DNA of 64,000 bases from Octopus sinensis (GCF_006345805.1 NC_043008.1:9672001-9736000), one strand, 5' to 3'. Positions 40,468 to 53,877 are shown, counted from the stretch's first letter. Numbers and translations are program-made. Notes: a model not told the origin generated them from the sequence alone.

Positions 40468-40650
40468 ATTTCTTTAATGCACACAGGGGCTAAACAGAGA
40501 GGGGACAAACAAGACAAAGACAGACAAAAGATTAAGCCGATTACATCGACCCCAGTGCGCAACTGGTACTTATTTAATCAGACCCGAAAGGATAAAAGAC
40601 AAAGTCGACCTCGGCAGAATTTGAACTAACGATTCTGCCACCTCGCCGCC
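40468..40650 (-). mobile_element. SINE family B (internally deleted)
   Basis: Family B body with the Tx1-like tail. Confidence 0.75.
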
Positions 40651-41196
40651 CTTCTCCTAGCGTCATTTCAATACTTTGCTTGTGCTACGTATTCACGTAT
40701 CCTTGTTTTTTCTTTCTTTATCCCTGTTTTCTTTTCTCTTTTTTTTAATTTACTATTTACTGCACGCTCACACGCACCCACCATCTTTCCGACTGTTTTG
40801 GAGTATCTGATTCTTAGCCTTCACTCTACCATTGGATTACGTCACTTTATTCAATCGGAGTACGCAATTTCTGGACCTTTGATTTTATATGTGTGTGTAT
40901 ATACATATATATATATGAACTATATATAATTTAATACTGGTGAAGACGAGATTGTATGGTTAAGAATGTCATTTTGTAACCAAGTATTATCCTGAACCAT
41001 CACTATGTGCTAACATAGTTTTTCGCAAATATGTATGAGACACTTAAAAATGGTTTGAAACATCAATGTCTCCAAGGTTCACATCTGTGTGTGGATGTGT
41101 GTGTGGGTGTCAGTGTGTTTGTTTGTATTTTTGAAGCGCATACATGCATATACATAAAATTATATAATACGCATACACACACACACATATACATAT

Positions 41197-41228
<32 letters not shown>

Positions 41229-41921
41229 CAGTATAATATACATATAATATAGCATATATAAATAAATATATACATATATATATATAACAGAGTATTATAT
41301 ATATTTACATATATAATAGTATATAATATAATATATACATAAACACACACACAGACACACATATATATATATACATATATATATGTATGTATGTAGGCAC
41401 ATACGTACACACATACACACGCACGCCTATATATGTATACACGCATATATGCACATGTAGTATAACAGGATGTGTGTATGTCTATATATGTGAGCGTATA
41501 ACATTGACGCAGTTTTAGTTTTATATATATATATAATGCATGTATGCATGTATGTATGTATGTACGTATATATGAGTAAATGTATTTGTCTAAATTGGCT
41601 AAATCTAATTTTTCATTCATTCTCTTCTTCATATTCTCCTTTAATGTTCCGCGTGTGTGTGTATGTGTGTGTGTGCATTGCGTTTATAGTTGTTGGTTAT
41701 GTTTCCGTTGAAGGTGTCTATAATAAACCTTGTCCTTCTTTCGTGTAAATGTGTGCATGTGTGTACGTATGTTAACACACACAAACACACACACACACAC
41801 AAACACATACACACATACACACACATCACATTTATCGTATAAATTTGCGAGCATGTATTGCTATAGCTGAAGCCATACAAATGCACACACACACACACAC
41901 ACACAGACACACACACACACA

Positions 41922-41964
<43 letters not shown>

Positions 41965-42101
41965 CAAAAAGAGAGACAGTGTGAGAGAGCGAGGTAGGTA
42001 GATAGATAGATATGAATGTATGCGTATATGTATATTATGTATATATATATATATTAACACAAATATGTTTATATTATATATATATAATATAATATATATA
42101 A

Positions 42102-42147
<46 letters not shown>

Positions 42148-42449
42148 TATTGTAACAAATATGACTGTGTGATTGTGTCTGTATTTATAAAAGTGCGTGC
42201 ATATATATAGATATACTCATGTACTATATATATATATATAGATAGAGAGAGAGAGAGAGAGAGGCGGGGTAGATAGATGTATAACCACATCTCTTTGCTT
42301 ATTTAACGTTCGCACGTGTGTCTGGCCGTAGGAAAATATGCATGGAATTGTGTTTCTGTTCACATAACGTTTAAATACATTTCCATATTAATATATGACT
42401 ATATTCTTAAGTGCAAATTGATGTTAATATAAACATGAGTGTCATGCTG

Positions 42450-42486
42450 TACATACATACATACATATATATATATATATATGTAT

Positions 42487-42520
<34 letters not shown>

Positions 42521-42603
42521 ATATTATATATATATATATGTATGTATTATATATATATATGTATTATATATATATACATATATATATATAATATATATAT
42601 ATG

Positions 42604-42639
<36 letters not shown>

Positions 42640-42675
42640 TATATATATATACATATAATATATATATATATGTAT

Positions 42676-42717
<42 letters not shown>

Positions 42718-42731
42718 GTATTATATATATA

Positions 42732-42771
<40 letters not shown>

Positions 42772-42939
42772 TATATATATATATATATATGTATTATATA
42801 TATACATATAATATGTATATATATATAATATATATTATATATATATGTATGTATGTATTATATATATATATATAATATATGTATGTATTATATATATATA
42901 TATATATATATGCATGTATGTATATATATATATATGCAT

Positions 42940-42972
<33 letters not shown>

Positions 42973-43000
42973 GCATGTATGTATATATATATATTTACAC
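42450..43000. repeat. Long degenerate (TA)n/(TATG)n tract
   Basis: Direct reading. Confidence 0.95.
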
Positions 43001-43474
43001 ACACATACAATTGTATGTATGTGTGTGTCTGTGTGTTCATGCAGGTTTATGTTTATGTATGTACGCATGTATGATGAATTTATATGTTTTAATTTGTGCT
43101 TAACGGAGAGGTTACTTTAAAATATTTGCAATTTTTATGTGACCCACCAAAAGCAATTTTCAGTCGAACATTTCGGGAGAAATTTTAATTCAGTGTACAT
43201 AATAAACAAGATTTGAAGCAAGTTTGATATGTGCTATGCTTGAAAATCTCGGCAGTGGAGTCAATTTTGTAAGTTTCTGCCAATTAAAAATAATACAAAT
43301 ATATATATATATATTCACATTTGTAGTATATTTCTCCTACGCGTTGTACCATATGTATACATGCATACGTCTAGATATGCAACAATATGCATGAGAATAC
43401 ATACATAAAACATACAAATCTGCACATACATACATATATACACACATACATATATGCATACATTAGTACGGCTC

Positions 43475-43802
43475 TCTGTCGGTTATGGCGATGAGGGTTC
43501 CAATTGATCCGATCAATGGAACAGCCTGCTCGTGAAATTAACGTGCAAGTGGCTGAGTAGTCCGCAGACACGTGTACCCTTAACGCAGTTCTCGAGGCAG
43601 ATTCAGTGTGACACAGAGTGTGACAAGGCTGGCCCTTTGAAATACAGATATGACAGAAGCAGGAAGAAAGAGTGAGAGAAAGTTGTGGTGAAAGAGTACA
43701 GCAGGGTTCGCCACCCCACGCCGCAGAAGCCTTATGGAGTTTTAGGTGTTTTCGCTCAATAAACACTCACAACGACCGGTGTAGGAATCGAAACCGCGAT
43801 CC
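43475..43802 (-). mobile_element. SINE family C (5'-truncated)
   Basis: Reverse complement of the 26225 family. Confidence 0.85.
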
Positions 43803-44552
43803 TACTGCCACGCAGTGAGTAGAAAATGCTAAGCCAAAAGTGAACGCCCATCCATCAATAACGCTCATTTTTGGCACGAGATCACTTCGGGGTAGAGGAC
43901 AGGCAGTTATCACCAAAATTGCGAAGTGGCATAACTGAAAAGTCCTCACCTAAGGAGAGAATTCAAAATCCCCATCAAGCAGTCGAGCTCCTACCCATGA
44001 AAATATCCTTCCGGCGCTCTCAACAACCCTAGATGTGTGTATCTGTGCATATATACGTATTTCTACACATAGTATTTCTCTATATTTATATTCACAGGTG
44101 TGTATACTCATAATCCACTCACCCATTCATATTCCACTGCTTTATATATGTGTGTATCTATATTTATCATTGCACACCCATCCGCCTCTATCATTGGCCA
44201 TCGTTTCTAACACATAAACTGACTTCATTCAATAAACTACACACATATGAAAACTTTTTTGTCTACAGACATAAATAACTTTATGTATTTGCACAAGTTT
44301 GTCTCTGTATGTATATCTATATATCTATATTGGCGAATATACATTTGAGTATATTTATATATAAATGTGTGTGTATATACGTTTCTGTGTCTGTGTATCT
44401 GTGGTGTTCAGACGTACGTTTCTATATGAACTGCTCTCCCGCTGCTGTCAACACCGCCTTTCTCCTCCGACATTCTCTTTACCCACATCTCTTACAAACA
44501 AACGGACATATAATTTTCGGCTCTACAACCCAACGTACCTTATACACACACA

Positions 44553-44597
<45 letters not shown>

Positions 44598-47217
44598 ACA
44601 AGCACAGTCACCTTCTCTCATAAATAAACCATTTAAGTAATCAATTTGAACACCGGGACTTTTCTCGCCCAACACACACCCTCTTTCAGATTTTGTTTTA
44701 ACGCTGTCATCTTCATTATTTCCAAAACAAATCTATCCATCTTAAAACCTATTATTCACAAACAAACCACACACCCACATCATTTCCCCCACAAGCACCA
44801 CTTAATTTTGTCCAGTTCTCTCACCATAATCGCTTCTAAAACAATTTCATGCATCCAAAAGTTCTTCCTCATGAATAGCCTTCATATTTATCCTTTCTCT
44901 CGAGTCTTCCCTGTCACATCAACCGTCCCAGTCAATATAATCTCATTGGCTAAAAATGACTTTCCAACCTTTATTTTCTGATGGATTTTGAAAAAAAACC
45001 ATGTGTTCAAAAAGATGTTGGACCTACTATCCTCCGGATCTTACCCGGCCACGGTTACATGCAGTTACACTGACCACTATTTTCAAATAACCCTTTCTAA
45101 TATAGGCTCAAAGCTTGGAATTTGGGATGAGAGGTTACATCAATCCCAGTGATGAACTGGTACTTATTTTACCGATTTGGAAAGGATAAAAGGCAAAGAT
45201 AAACTCGGTAGAATTTGAACTCAAAACGTAAAGACGGCGGAACGCCGCTAAGCATTTTGTCCGGCGTACCAACGATTCTGCTAGCACGCCGCCTTTATTA
45301 TTTTCAAATGATAAAAAGGAAATCCGTAGCACATTCTCATCGTGTTCTGAATGAATGAAACTTATTCTCTATAAGTACAAGCTCCATTCTCTATTTCTCA
45401 AAACTTCAAAGGCGAAATATTTCCACCTGGGGTAAAAACTATTATTCACTGTACAAAATTGGTTTCAAATTTTGAAACAAGGCCAGCAATTTCGAAAGAG
45501 GGGCTAAGTCGACTGAATCAACTCCAGTGATCAACTGCTACTTATTTTATCGACCCTGAAATAATGAAGGGTAAAGTCGAATCTCGGTGGTATTTGAACT
45601 CAGAATGTGAAGTCGGTAGAAAAGCCGCTAGGCATTTTCGCGGCCTCCCAACGATTCTGCCATCTCGCTACCTTAATGACTGAGCAAAATTAAATCTTCT
45701 CCAAGCTTCCAAATCAAATTCCTACTTTGTAAATGTTTTGAGTTTTCACTTCCTTAGATGTAGCCTTATCAAATACATTATAAATAGCATTTTACGCGCG
45801 TGGCAACTGTATATCACAAAAAGATTAAACTTTGAAGGCTTCGGTAACCCAGAAAATTTTAAATTGGCTGCAACCTTCAAATCAATTGCTGCTAAGTATA
45901 GCCAGGAATTAACTGACATATCTCTGAATCTGAGATTCCATGTCTAGATGTCTCCTCATCAATTACTAGACTTCCGGTCTTCCTTGGATACATTAGTAGT
46001 TACGGACTTGATTTATAGCAATCAATAAGTAAATGTATATAAAACAAGCCATCAAATTACTAGAAATATTTTTGGCTTGTACGAAGTCACAATCTTATTT
46101 GCGTGAGATACAATTACTGTGAAGGTAAGGATTATATAGTCATAATTTCAAAACCTACCACTCGATCATCATCGTCAGATCGATCCCTACAAGGTAGCAT
46201 GGGCCACCATGATAGCCTTTCGACAGTGAAAATAAAGTATAGGGTGGTCACTACTACTTCGCTTGAAGATTCCCCTTCGTCGGGGAGACATTCTAATGTA
46301 AAAGTAACACTTGATGATTCTGAACTCATTTTCAGAGTAGTGAATTGGAGCAAGGTGAAAAGATTCGCCTTCCTCAAGGATACAAGGTACCGTCTAGTCC
46401 TAGAATCGAACCCAGGACCTTACGAAAGTAAGCCCAATAATCTAATCACGAAAATATTTAGCTTGTACATTTATTATTTTTACCCTGTCAATCCAGAGAT
46501 GCTTTACGTAGTCACACGATCTGTTAAAAATAGCAGGTAAATCTCTCTTAATTCAGGCCCCTGCCGTTTAAAAAAATGAATAACAAAGTTTCTAATGCTA
46601 TCCTAGAAACACTACCGGTAGAAAAGACGTGACGGTCACAGCTGGATTACCTGAGATCATAGGATTGTTCAATAAAGTTGTCATGAGGCTATGCAGCGAT
46701 AGCAACAGTAACATATTCTAGTGTCAATGTGACAGGCCTGTTTTAGGAGCCCTTACTTTGCCTCCTGCGGTGTGAGTTCAAATTCCGTTGAAGCCAATCA
46801 GCTTTGCTTTTCATCCTTTTTTTTGGTCGTTAAGTAAAGAACCAATTCAATAAACAAACACCGCAAAGTAATCTCTCCGACCCGGTAGCATTTTTGCCAA
46901 TTCGTTGCGTCCACAGAAATGAAAATAGCCCAACGCTCAAACATTTCTCATTGAAGGATCCTTGACTGTGTTATATATTTCTTTGAAATAGATGGTCACA
47001 CAAAAATGGCTGAACAGTGAAGAAGTTTATTTTTCGAAAATCATTTATAACGGAATAATAAACTCTAATAGTATACGTACATTCTCACCACCACACCACA
47101 TGTATGTATAGGCACGCACACTCATATATTTTTCTATGTATATGTATATATATATATATATAAAGAGAGAGAGATTTAAAGAGATTTTTGTGTAAATATA
47201 TGTGTGTACACATATAA

Positions 47218-47259
<42 letters not shown>

Positions 47260-47945
47260 TCCTAGCTGTAAATACTACACCAGAACATTTTTCGCATATT
47301 TTTCGTAAACCAGAAATAATAGAAATTAAAGAAAACATTCTAAATATTATTTACGCTGCTTGTTTGTAAAAATTGTTATTTTACTGTACTCTTACTTGAA
47401 TTATATGTAATAAAATATTCAGTGTTCCAAAATAGTTTCTCAGCAGTTGTCAAATTAAATAACATACATTTTTAAATAATTTTCTCTTTTCCTGAATTTC
47501 AAATAATTAATTAGTATTAAGTGGTCACTAATTCATAACAAACACTGTGAAAAGCTTCTGAAACTTTTGTTATTTTATTATTTCAAATTGTAGTCTACAT
47601 GAGTATAATGTTTCGTGTACTATATAGAAAGAATTTTATAGAAAGAATTTTCCTTTTCATAAAAGAGAGAGCGGGGAGGATAATTTGGTTTCTTCCACTT
47701 TTATTGTCTCTCAAACATTTGTACACTATATATTGGTCTCACATTGTCGCACAAGGCCAGCAATTTTCGAGAAGAAGGGCTAAGTCGATTGTGCAACTGG
47801 TACTTATTTTAACGACCTGGAAAAGATGAAATGCAAAGTTGATCTCGGTGGAATTCGAACTCTGAACGTAAAGACGGACGAAATGTTACAAAGCATTTTG
47901 CCCTGAATGCTAACGATTCTGCCAACCCTCGCCTTATTTATATAT

Positions 47946-48450
47946 TATGTATGGACATTATTTACATTATTTATATTTGGCGTATATTTGTCCTCATCTT
48001 GTTTGTTGTTAACACAACGCTTCGGTTGATATACCCTCCAGCCTTCATCAGGTGTCTTGGGGAAATTTCGAACCTGGGTTCTCATTCCTGAGGTACTTTT
48101 TGATGTTGTTGTTGTTGTTGTTATTATTATTATTATTGTTATTATTATTATTATCATTATTATTTAGGTCCCTGCCTGGAATCGAACTCGGAATCTTAGG
48201 GTTAGTAGCCCGCGCTCTTAACCTCTACGCCATAGGCGAGTTCGATTCCAGGCAGTGACCTGAATAATAATTATAACAGCATCGAAAAATACCTTAGGAA
48301 TGAGAACCCAGGTTCGAAATTTCCCCAAGGCACCTGATGAAGGCTGGAGAGTATATCAGCCGAAACGTTGTGTTAACAACAAACAGGATGAAGGCAAATG
48401 TAAATAATGTAAATAATGTACATAATTCCTCATCTCTTAAATATAAAATT
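47946..48450. mobile_element. Head-to-head inverted pair: tRNA-like Pol III head + (AAT)n linker + hammerhead ribozyme
   Basis: Minus arm: A box tggcgtagagg (48222-48232), B box gagttcgattcc (48178-48189), (aat/aac)n, then CTGATGA...GAAG. Plus arm starts at the B box (48237) and carries an intact motif. Confidence 0.8.
48329..48374 (+). ncRNA. Minimal type-I hammerhead ribozyme motif, canonical core
   Basis: ggcac-CTGATGA(48334)-aggctgg-agagtata-tcagcc-GAAA(48362)-cg-TT-gtgtt; palindromic helix III ACGT. Confidence 0.8.
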
Positions 48451-48849
48451 ATATTATATATAGTTTCAAATTTTCGTACAAGGCCAGATAGTTCAAGAGA
48501 GGGGATAAACTGAATGCATGAACCCAAGTGTTCAACTGGTATTTATTTTATTGACCCTGAAAGTATGAAAGGCATAGTCGACCTCGGTGGCATTAGAACT
48601 CAGAATTTAGAGACAGACGAAATGCCGCTAAGCGTTTCACCCGGTGTGTTCACGATCGTGCCAGCTCGCCGCCTTTTTTTGTATATTATATATTAACACT
48701 TTCATTGGTCTAAAGAAGTAAATATTTATTCGCAGCACAATCATAGATCAGCCACTGCCAAGCATGTGTGCGAGTAAGTGTGTGTGTGGTGTGTGTGCAC
48801 GTGTGTAAATAAAATGATGATGAAAATGCACAACACAGTTGTAATAATT

Positions 48850-49420
48850 GTTAGCTTTGTTAAATATATTGAAAAGTTTCAAATTTTATAGGCATTTTAG
48901 ATTTAATACCAACCGGTTTCCACTCTTTGAGCTATTTGAAGAAGATGAATATTTTGCTTTTTAAATATCTTAAAAAGTTGTCAGAGTTTGCAATGTTTTG
49001 AAATGAAAGTTTTCTTGATTTATTTGTTACTGCTCTGAGGTTGAATCGGAAAATTTATGAATTGCAAATACTTTAGAAGTATACGAATTAGTTCCTATAT
49101 ATGTCGTCATGCGTCAGTTTCAATGAATTTTTCGATTTTATTTTTCATTATTAATTTGTTATCTGTGTACTTCCAGTTCTTAGCAGTCTTCCAAACATCC
49201 ACAATGTCTTATCACATAGATTAAGTTCTGAGAATTGCAAGTAAAATTCTCTTTTATTTTAAAGATTTTTAAAACTTGATCACTGAGTCCTCAGTAAAAT
49301 TATAGTCATTTGGTATTTTGCATTTTCTAAAAGTAGAGTTGGAAAGTTCTTTATGTATTTTATTTCTAATTAGCATTTTTTATAATTTCCTGTTTTCTCT
49401 GTTATAATTGAAAACAGCAC
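48850..49420 (-). mobile_element. Decayed Penelope-like element: GIY-YIG endonuclease relic and 3' end
   Basis: Minus 49245->49195 translates FTCNSQNLIYVIRHCGC, then ..EVHR*QINNEK, matching the PLE pattern FTCxSxNLIYxIxCxxC...YIGET...VHRQQI. Downstream GAAA-CCGG-TT half-motif at ~48908-48918. Confidence 0.65.
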
Positions 49421-49549
49421 AGCCAGAGGACTGTGAAGTCTTGTATTAAAATAAATGGAGAACTGGACTTTTTTCCCTTAAAATAACGAAAAAAAGAAGA
49501 AAGAATATAATAAAATAAAAAAGACTACATATTCACTCGCCAATCACTC

Positions 49550-51040
49550 ATAAAATTTGATATTGTTATAATATGTTCTTGTGGTTCCACAAGAAGTTAC
49601 AATAGAGGGTTACTTCACATTTACAAACTCATGGCAGACCATCCACTTTTTATAAAACTCATCTTGCTTACTTTTGTTGTAAGATATATTTTTCCCAAAT
49701 AAGATACAAGTCCTGAAGAAAGTATCTAAAATGTTTGAGGCTAAGGGTGGTGTTTTTGATACTTTGCTTTTATATATAAAAAAATTTTGCTCGTAATACC
49801 AGCAGGTCAAGGATACCATTAATATATGTATTCTTTCTTAACCCGAACACAATAAGCTGTGGATCAAAGTTTATGTTGCAAACATATAGGCATTTTTCAT
49901 ACAGCACATCTAGGAAGAATTGCCAAAAGGCCCGTTCGTGTTCACAATATCAAAACAGGTGTGATATTGTCTCTACTTCATGTTGAAAAATGTGCACAGG
50001 TTGCTTTTAGCTAATTTGATCTTAAATAGGGAAGAATTAGTTGTTGAAATATTATGTATAATTCTTAACTGAAATCACCGCAATTTAGTACCCGTTATCC
50101 GTTGTCGTCTTTACAGGTGGTATGAATATATTTTCCCATTCCAGTTCAGCAAGCACACACTCTTCCCATTTATGTTTGAACTTTAAACAAATATCAACTG
50201 TGCTTAAGACATAGTGATACCGTTTGGCTGCTTTCTGAACAGACACGAGCCTTCAGATAGCTGTATTATCATTTAATTGCTGAAAAGAAGTAGGTTTATT
50301 TATATTTAACCTTGCTTGGTAGCCTTTAATGGCCCTGATAAGACCACTATACAATAGAAAATTTGTACCTAGTTCAAACACATTCCGGAATTCTCCAAGA
50401 GTGCGATATGATCCATCTAAGTTGACAAAATCACGAACCTGACTAATACCTCTCTCAAGCCACGCAGAAAAAAGATTTGCTCTTTACCGACATTTAAGTG
50501 TTTATTATAGTAAATTGGTTCTGTTATGAATTCATCAAATGAATTAGGCTCTGTCTTATTTGTAAACCTATCAAAAGCAGAAATATAATTATGCCAAAAA
50601 TCATTCTTGATATCCTTGGCGAGTTTACTCGGTAAAACGTTACCAAACACAGCTAAATTTTCCAGTTTTGAGGGGGAGGCATAGCACAAGGGTTTCCATC
50701 TGGATTCGTAATTAATATCTAACAACTTTCTCATCTAGGATAGCTTTAAAGAGATGACAAAAACAGAAGCTTCCACCATACCAAGTCCACTTTCTTTAAC
50801 AGGATTACAAGCAACAACTCTTAATTTTATTGGGTTTTCCACTCCAGAGAAATTGAAATATTTTATTTAATCCCGGGAGAAATTTACCCGGCGGATTTGG
50901 GAGAGAAAGGAAGAGAGAGTTCAATTTTGAAAGGAACAGTGACTTCATAGCAGCAATTCTAACAGGTGGTGTAATTATTCTTTTTATCCATTTGTTGATT
51001 ATTACTTGGTGGCTTGTAGTACTGCAATACTATTTTCTAG
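49550..51040 (-). mobile_element. Decayed L1/Tx1-like ORF2 3' half
   Basis: Broken frames: INKWIKRIITPPVRIAAMKSLFLSKLNSLFLSLPNPP; FQFLWSGKPNKI; ESGLGMVEASVFVISLKLS*MRKLL; CTFFQHEVETISHLF*YCEH. Confidence 0.8.
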
Positions 51041-51080
51041 GTTCAATAGGACAGCTGCCACGAGCCTCACCACATCTACT

Positions 51081-52140
51081 TTTTTTTATTACCCACAAGG
51101 GGGCCAACAAAGAGGGGACAACACAATCTGATATGGGGTCAGATGAACGAATGATTACACAAAAAGGATGACATTAAAAATTTACACATAAATACGAAAA
51201 TATAATGAAATCGGATTATGAAATCGAATGATAAGACAGACCGGAAGACATTACGGATGGAGTGGAGGGCGGGGTTTAATTCGGACCCCACGAGCCCCGC
51301 CTCGCCACTGATACCTGGGTTACAACCTATGTTGCATTCATGAGGTTCCATCCACACGCAACATCAATTTCTTGTAGGATCTTCCCAATTTTTATTTTTG
51401 ATGTTCTTTTTCCCATGTAAGTAGGAAGGAGAACTAGTTCGTCGGTTTTTAGAGTCACTGTGGATAGTTCTTTGGCTTCGTCTTCTGAGTCAAATCGAAC
51501 TTCCCCAGTGCCAAATTTCTTCCCTCTACCCACGAAGGAGGTTTTATCCCCAAATGGGCTGAAGACATTTTTCAATTACTTCTTTGGATATATGCTCAAT
51601 TTTTTTGTCCTTTATCGAAGGAGTTTTGTTAATAATTGTTCTATGTGTGGTGTTTAACATAATTTCACTGTTACCGTCCGTCTCTCTCTATCAGGCATTT
51701 AAATTTTAAAAAATTTTCCATACTTAGGTTGATTTTTCGTGTTTAACTTTAGCGACCATCGCGAAGCCGCGACTGGCGCTTTTAGTGTTTATTAGACATT
51801 TGTTAATATCGTGGCTAGCGTTTGCAATATTAAAATTCGTAATACACGCGTATTTTTCCATAATTATTGTGTGTTCCACCTCCTCCTCTATCTCTCTATT
51901 TGAGGTAGAGGCGGGAAAGCCTCTTCGTAACATTTTGGTAAGGGGGCGTTCTTTTCTTTTGCTTTGGTCCCATATTAGCGCGGGCAATGTGTTCTTCGCG
52001 ACAAGTCGGTCTGTCCCTCTGACTGGTGTATGGTAGGTCGTTAAGAGAGGGGTCAGTTTCAAAAAAACCCCAAAAAAACAAGAGTACACACAGGTTCATA
52101 AATATCGAGGGAAGTCTTAAAGTGACACCGGCGGTGTATC
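51081..52140 (-). mobile_element. Internally deleted Tx1-like element: ORF1-like fragments joined to the shared 3' tail
   Basis: FVGRGKKFGTGEVRFDSEDEAKELSTVTLKTDELVLLPTYMGKRTSKIKIG (RRM-like ORF1, by inference). The 3' end ttgtcccctctttgttggcccccttgtgggtAATAAA resembles the Tx1 and SINE B tails. Confidence 0.55.
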
Positions 52141-52621
52141 GCGAAAAAAAGGATATTTAACCCCTTTATGTATTTTTACCCTGCTTAGTATATTTTTAAA
52201 TGTTTCAAGCTACCTCTTCTTTTTCATGACTTGTTTTTACAAAACTTCGTTCTTTTGTTGATTTCAAATGAAATAAGTGAGTTTTTTCAAAACAGCTCAA
52301 ATATTTTGATATTTCTAGAGTTAAACATAGCAACAAACACAAAAAAAACATTTTTTCTCGGTTTTGCTTTTTTAACCTTTTTAGAACTCGAATGTTTATG
52401 GTTTGCCCTTTATATTTCATTTGTAATTAGATTAAGTGGAAATATTTATTGAATAAAATTGTTTTTCAAGTCGTTCGTCACGTTTTTCGGGATTCGATAC
52501 TATTGTGAAACTATTTTTGCAAAGTTGAACGTATGTATATATTGTAAAATACAAGTTAGACCCCTCTCTCTCTCTCTCCTCCCTCTCCTTCCATCCCTTT
52601 TTCTCTCTACACACACACACT

Positions 52622-52664
<43 letters not shown>

Positions 52665-52671
52665 CGGAGAT

Positions 52672-53008
52672 ATACTTGTATAGCAAGTAAGTTGATCTGA
52701 GATCGTGTGCTGAAAGAAAAACAATTGCAGCGTGGAAGATATTTGTAAGCCATTTAAGCACACGCAAAAACCGTAAGTTTCACTTCAACATTTAAATTTA
52801 ATTTGTGTCAAAATATTTTCGTCGCTTTGAAACCGCGACCTGTTCATTCAGAAAACTTCATGCTGCACGAAGTTTTATCAGTGAACAAGTCGCGGTTACA
52901 AAGCAACGAAAATATATTGACACAAATTAAATTTAAATGGTGAAGTGAAACTAACGTTTTTTGTGTGTTCTTAAATGGCTTACAAATATCTTCCACGCTT
53001 CAATTGTA
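52672..53008. mobile_element. Fold-back element in (TA)n with hammerhead-architecture motif (G3-C8 core)
   Basis: ~130-bp inverted arms centred near 52862. Plus arm: atca-GTGAACA(52881)-agtcgc..gcaac-GAAA. Minus arm: ATGAACA-ggtcgc..gcgac-GAAA-atat-TT-tgac. Confidence 0.7.
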
Positions 53009-53022
53009 CGTATGTATGTATG

Positions 53023-53098
<76 letters not shown>

Positions 53099-53102
<4 letters not shown>

Positions 53103-53877
53103 GCAATAAAAATGGTAAATAATTTTCCTGTGGTTTTTCATGTAACCAACAATTATTTACCGGTAAATTTCGGTATGTAAATACGACAAATTAATTGTCA
53201 GGACCTTTGTAAGGTTCAGTATATAGTAAAGAAAATAAGTTGGCTAGCAGCAAGCTGTTTTGCCTCATACCGAAGGAATTAGAAATGGCAGTCAAAGACC
53301 GTTTTTTCCATTTCTATAAGTGGAGATTCCAAAAACGAAGGCCCTTGCGGCTCACATACACAAAATCGGAGTGGCAAATATACGAAGGTAGTCACTTACC
53401 GTTAATAGCGAACACCGTGTTTCTGGATCACAAACATATAAAAAAGGGAGTTTGAATTCCGTCATCAGCGCTATATTCGATAGCTTTATCAAATGCCACC
53501 AGCCCTCACTTCTGACCCAGCGACATCAGATAGTGGGGGGAAGTGCGCAGATGTTAAAACCAAGTAACGACTGGGAACGTAAATTTTCCCTCAAAAATTC
53601 TGCCACGCGCGCCTTCTGGGTAATCGTAATGGAATGAGGAATCCACATGGTAATGCAATAAAAATGGTAAATAATTTTCCTGTGGTTTTTCATGTAACCA
53701 ACAATTATTTACCGGTAAATTTCGGTATGTAAATACGACAAATTAATTGTCAGGACATAGAAATGGAAAAAACGGTCTTTGACTGCCATTTCTAATTCCT
53801 TCGGTATGAGGCAAAACAGCTTGCTGCTAGCCAACTTATTTTCTTTACTATATACTGAACCGTACAAAGGTCCTGAC
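53099..53877. mobile_element. Penelope-like partial tandem plus inverted arrangement next to (TA)n
   Basis: Direct repeat 53099-53203 / 53652-53756; 53757-53877 is the inverted copy of ~53198-53317. Confidence 0.75.

Noticed and set aside
46103-46540. 145-aa ORF
   Set aside because: The 3' half runs through a reverse-oriented SINE head; no recognisable domain or splice signals.
48166-48232. Functional tRNA gene
   Set aside because: Has A/B boxes but no proper acceptor stem; it is the head of a repeated element. SINE A/B/C heads were rejected for the same reason.
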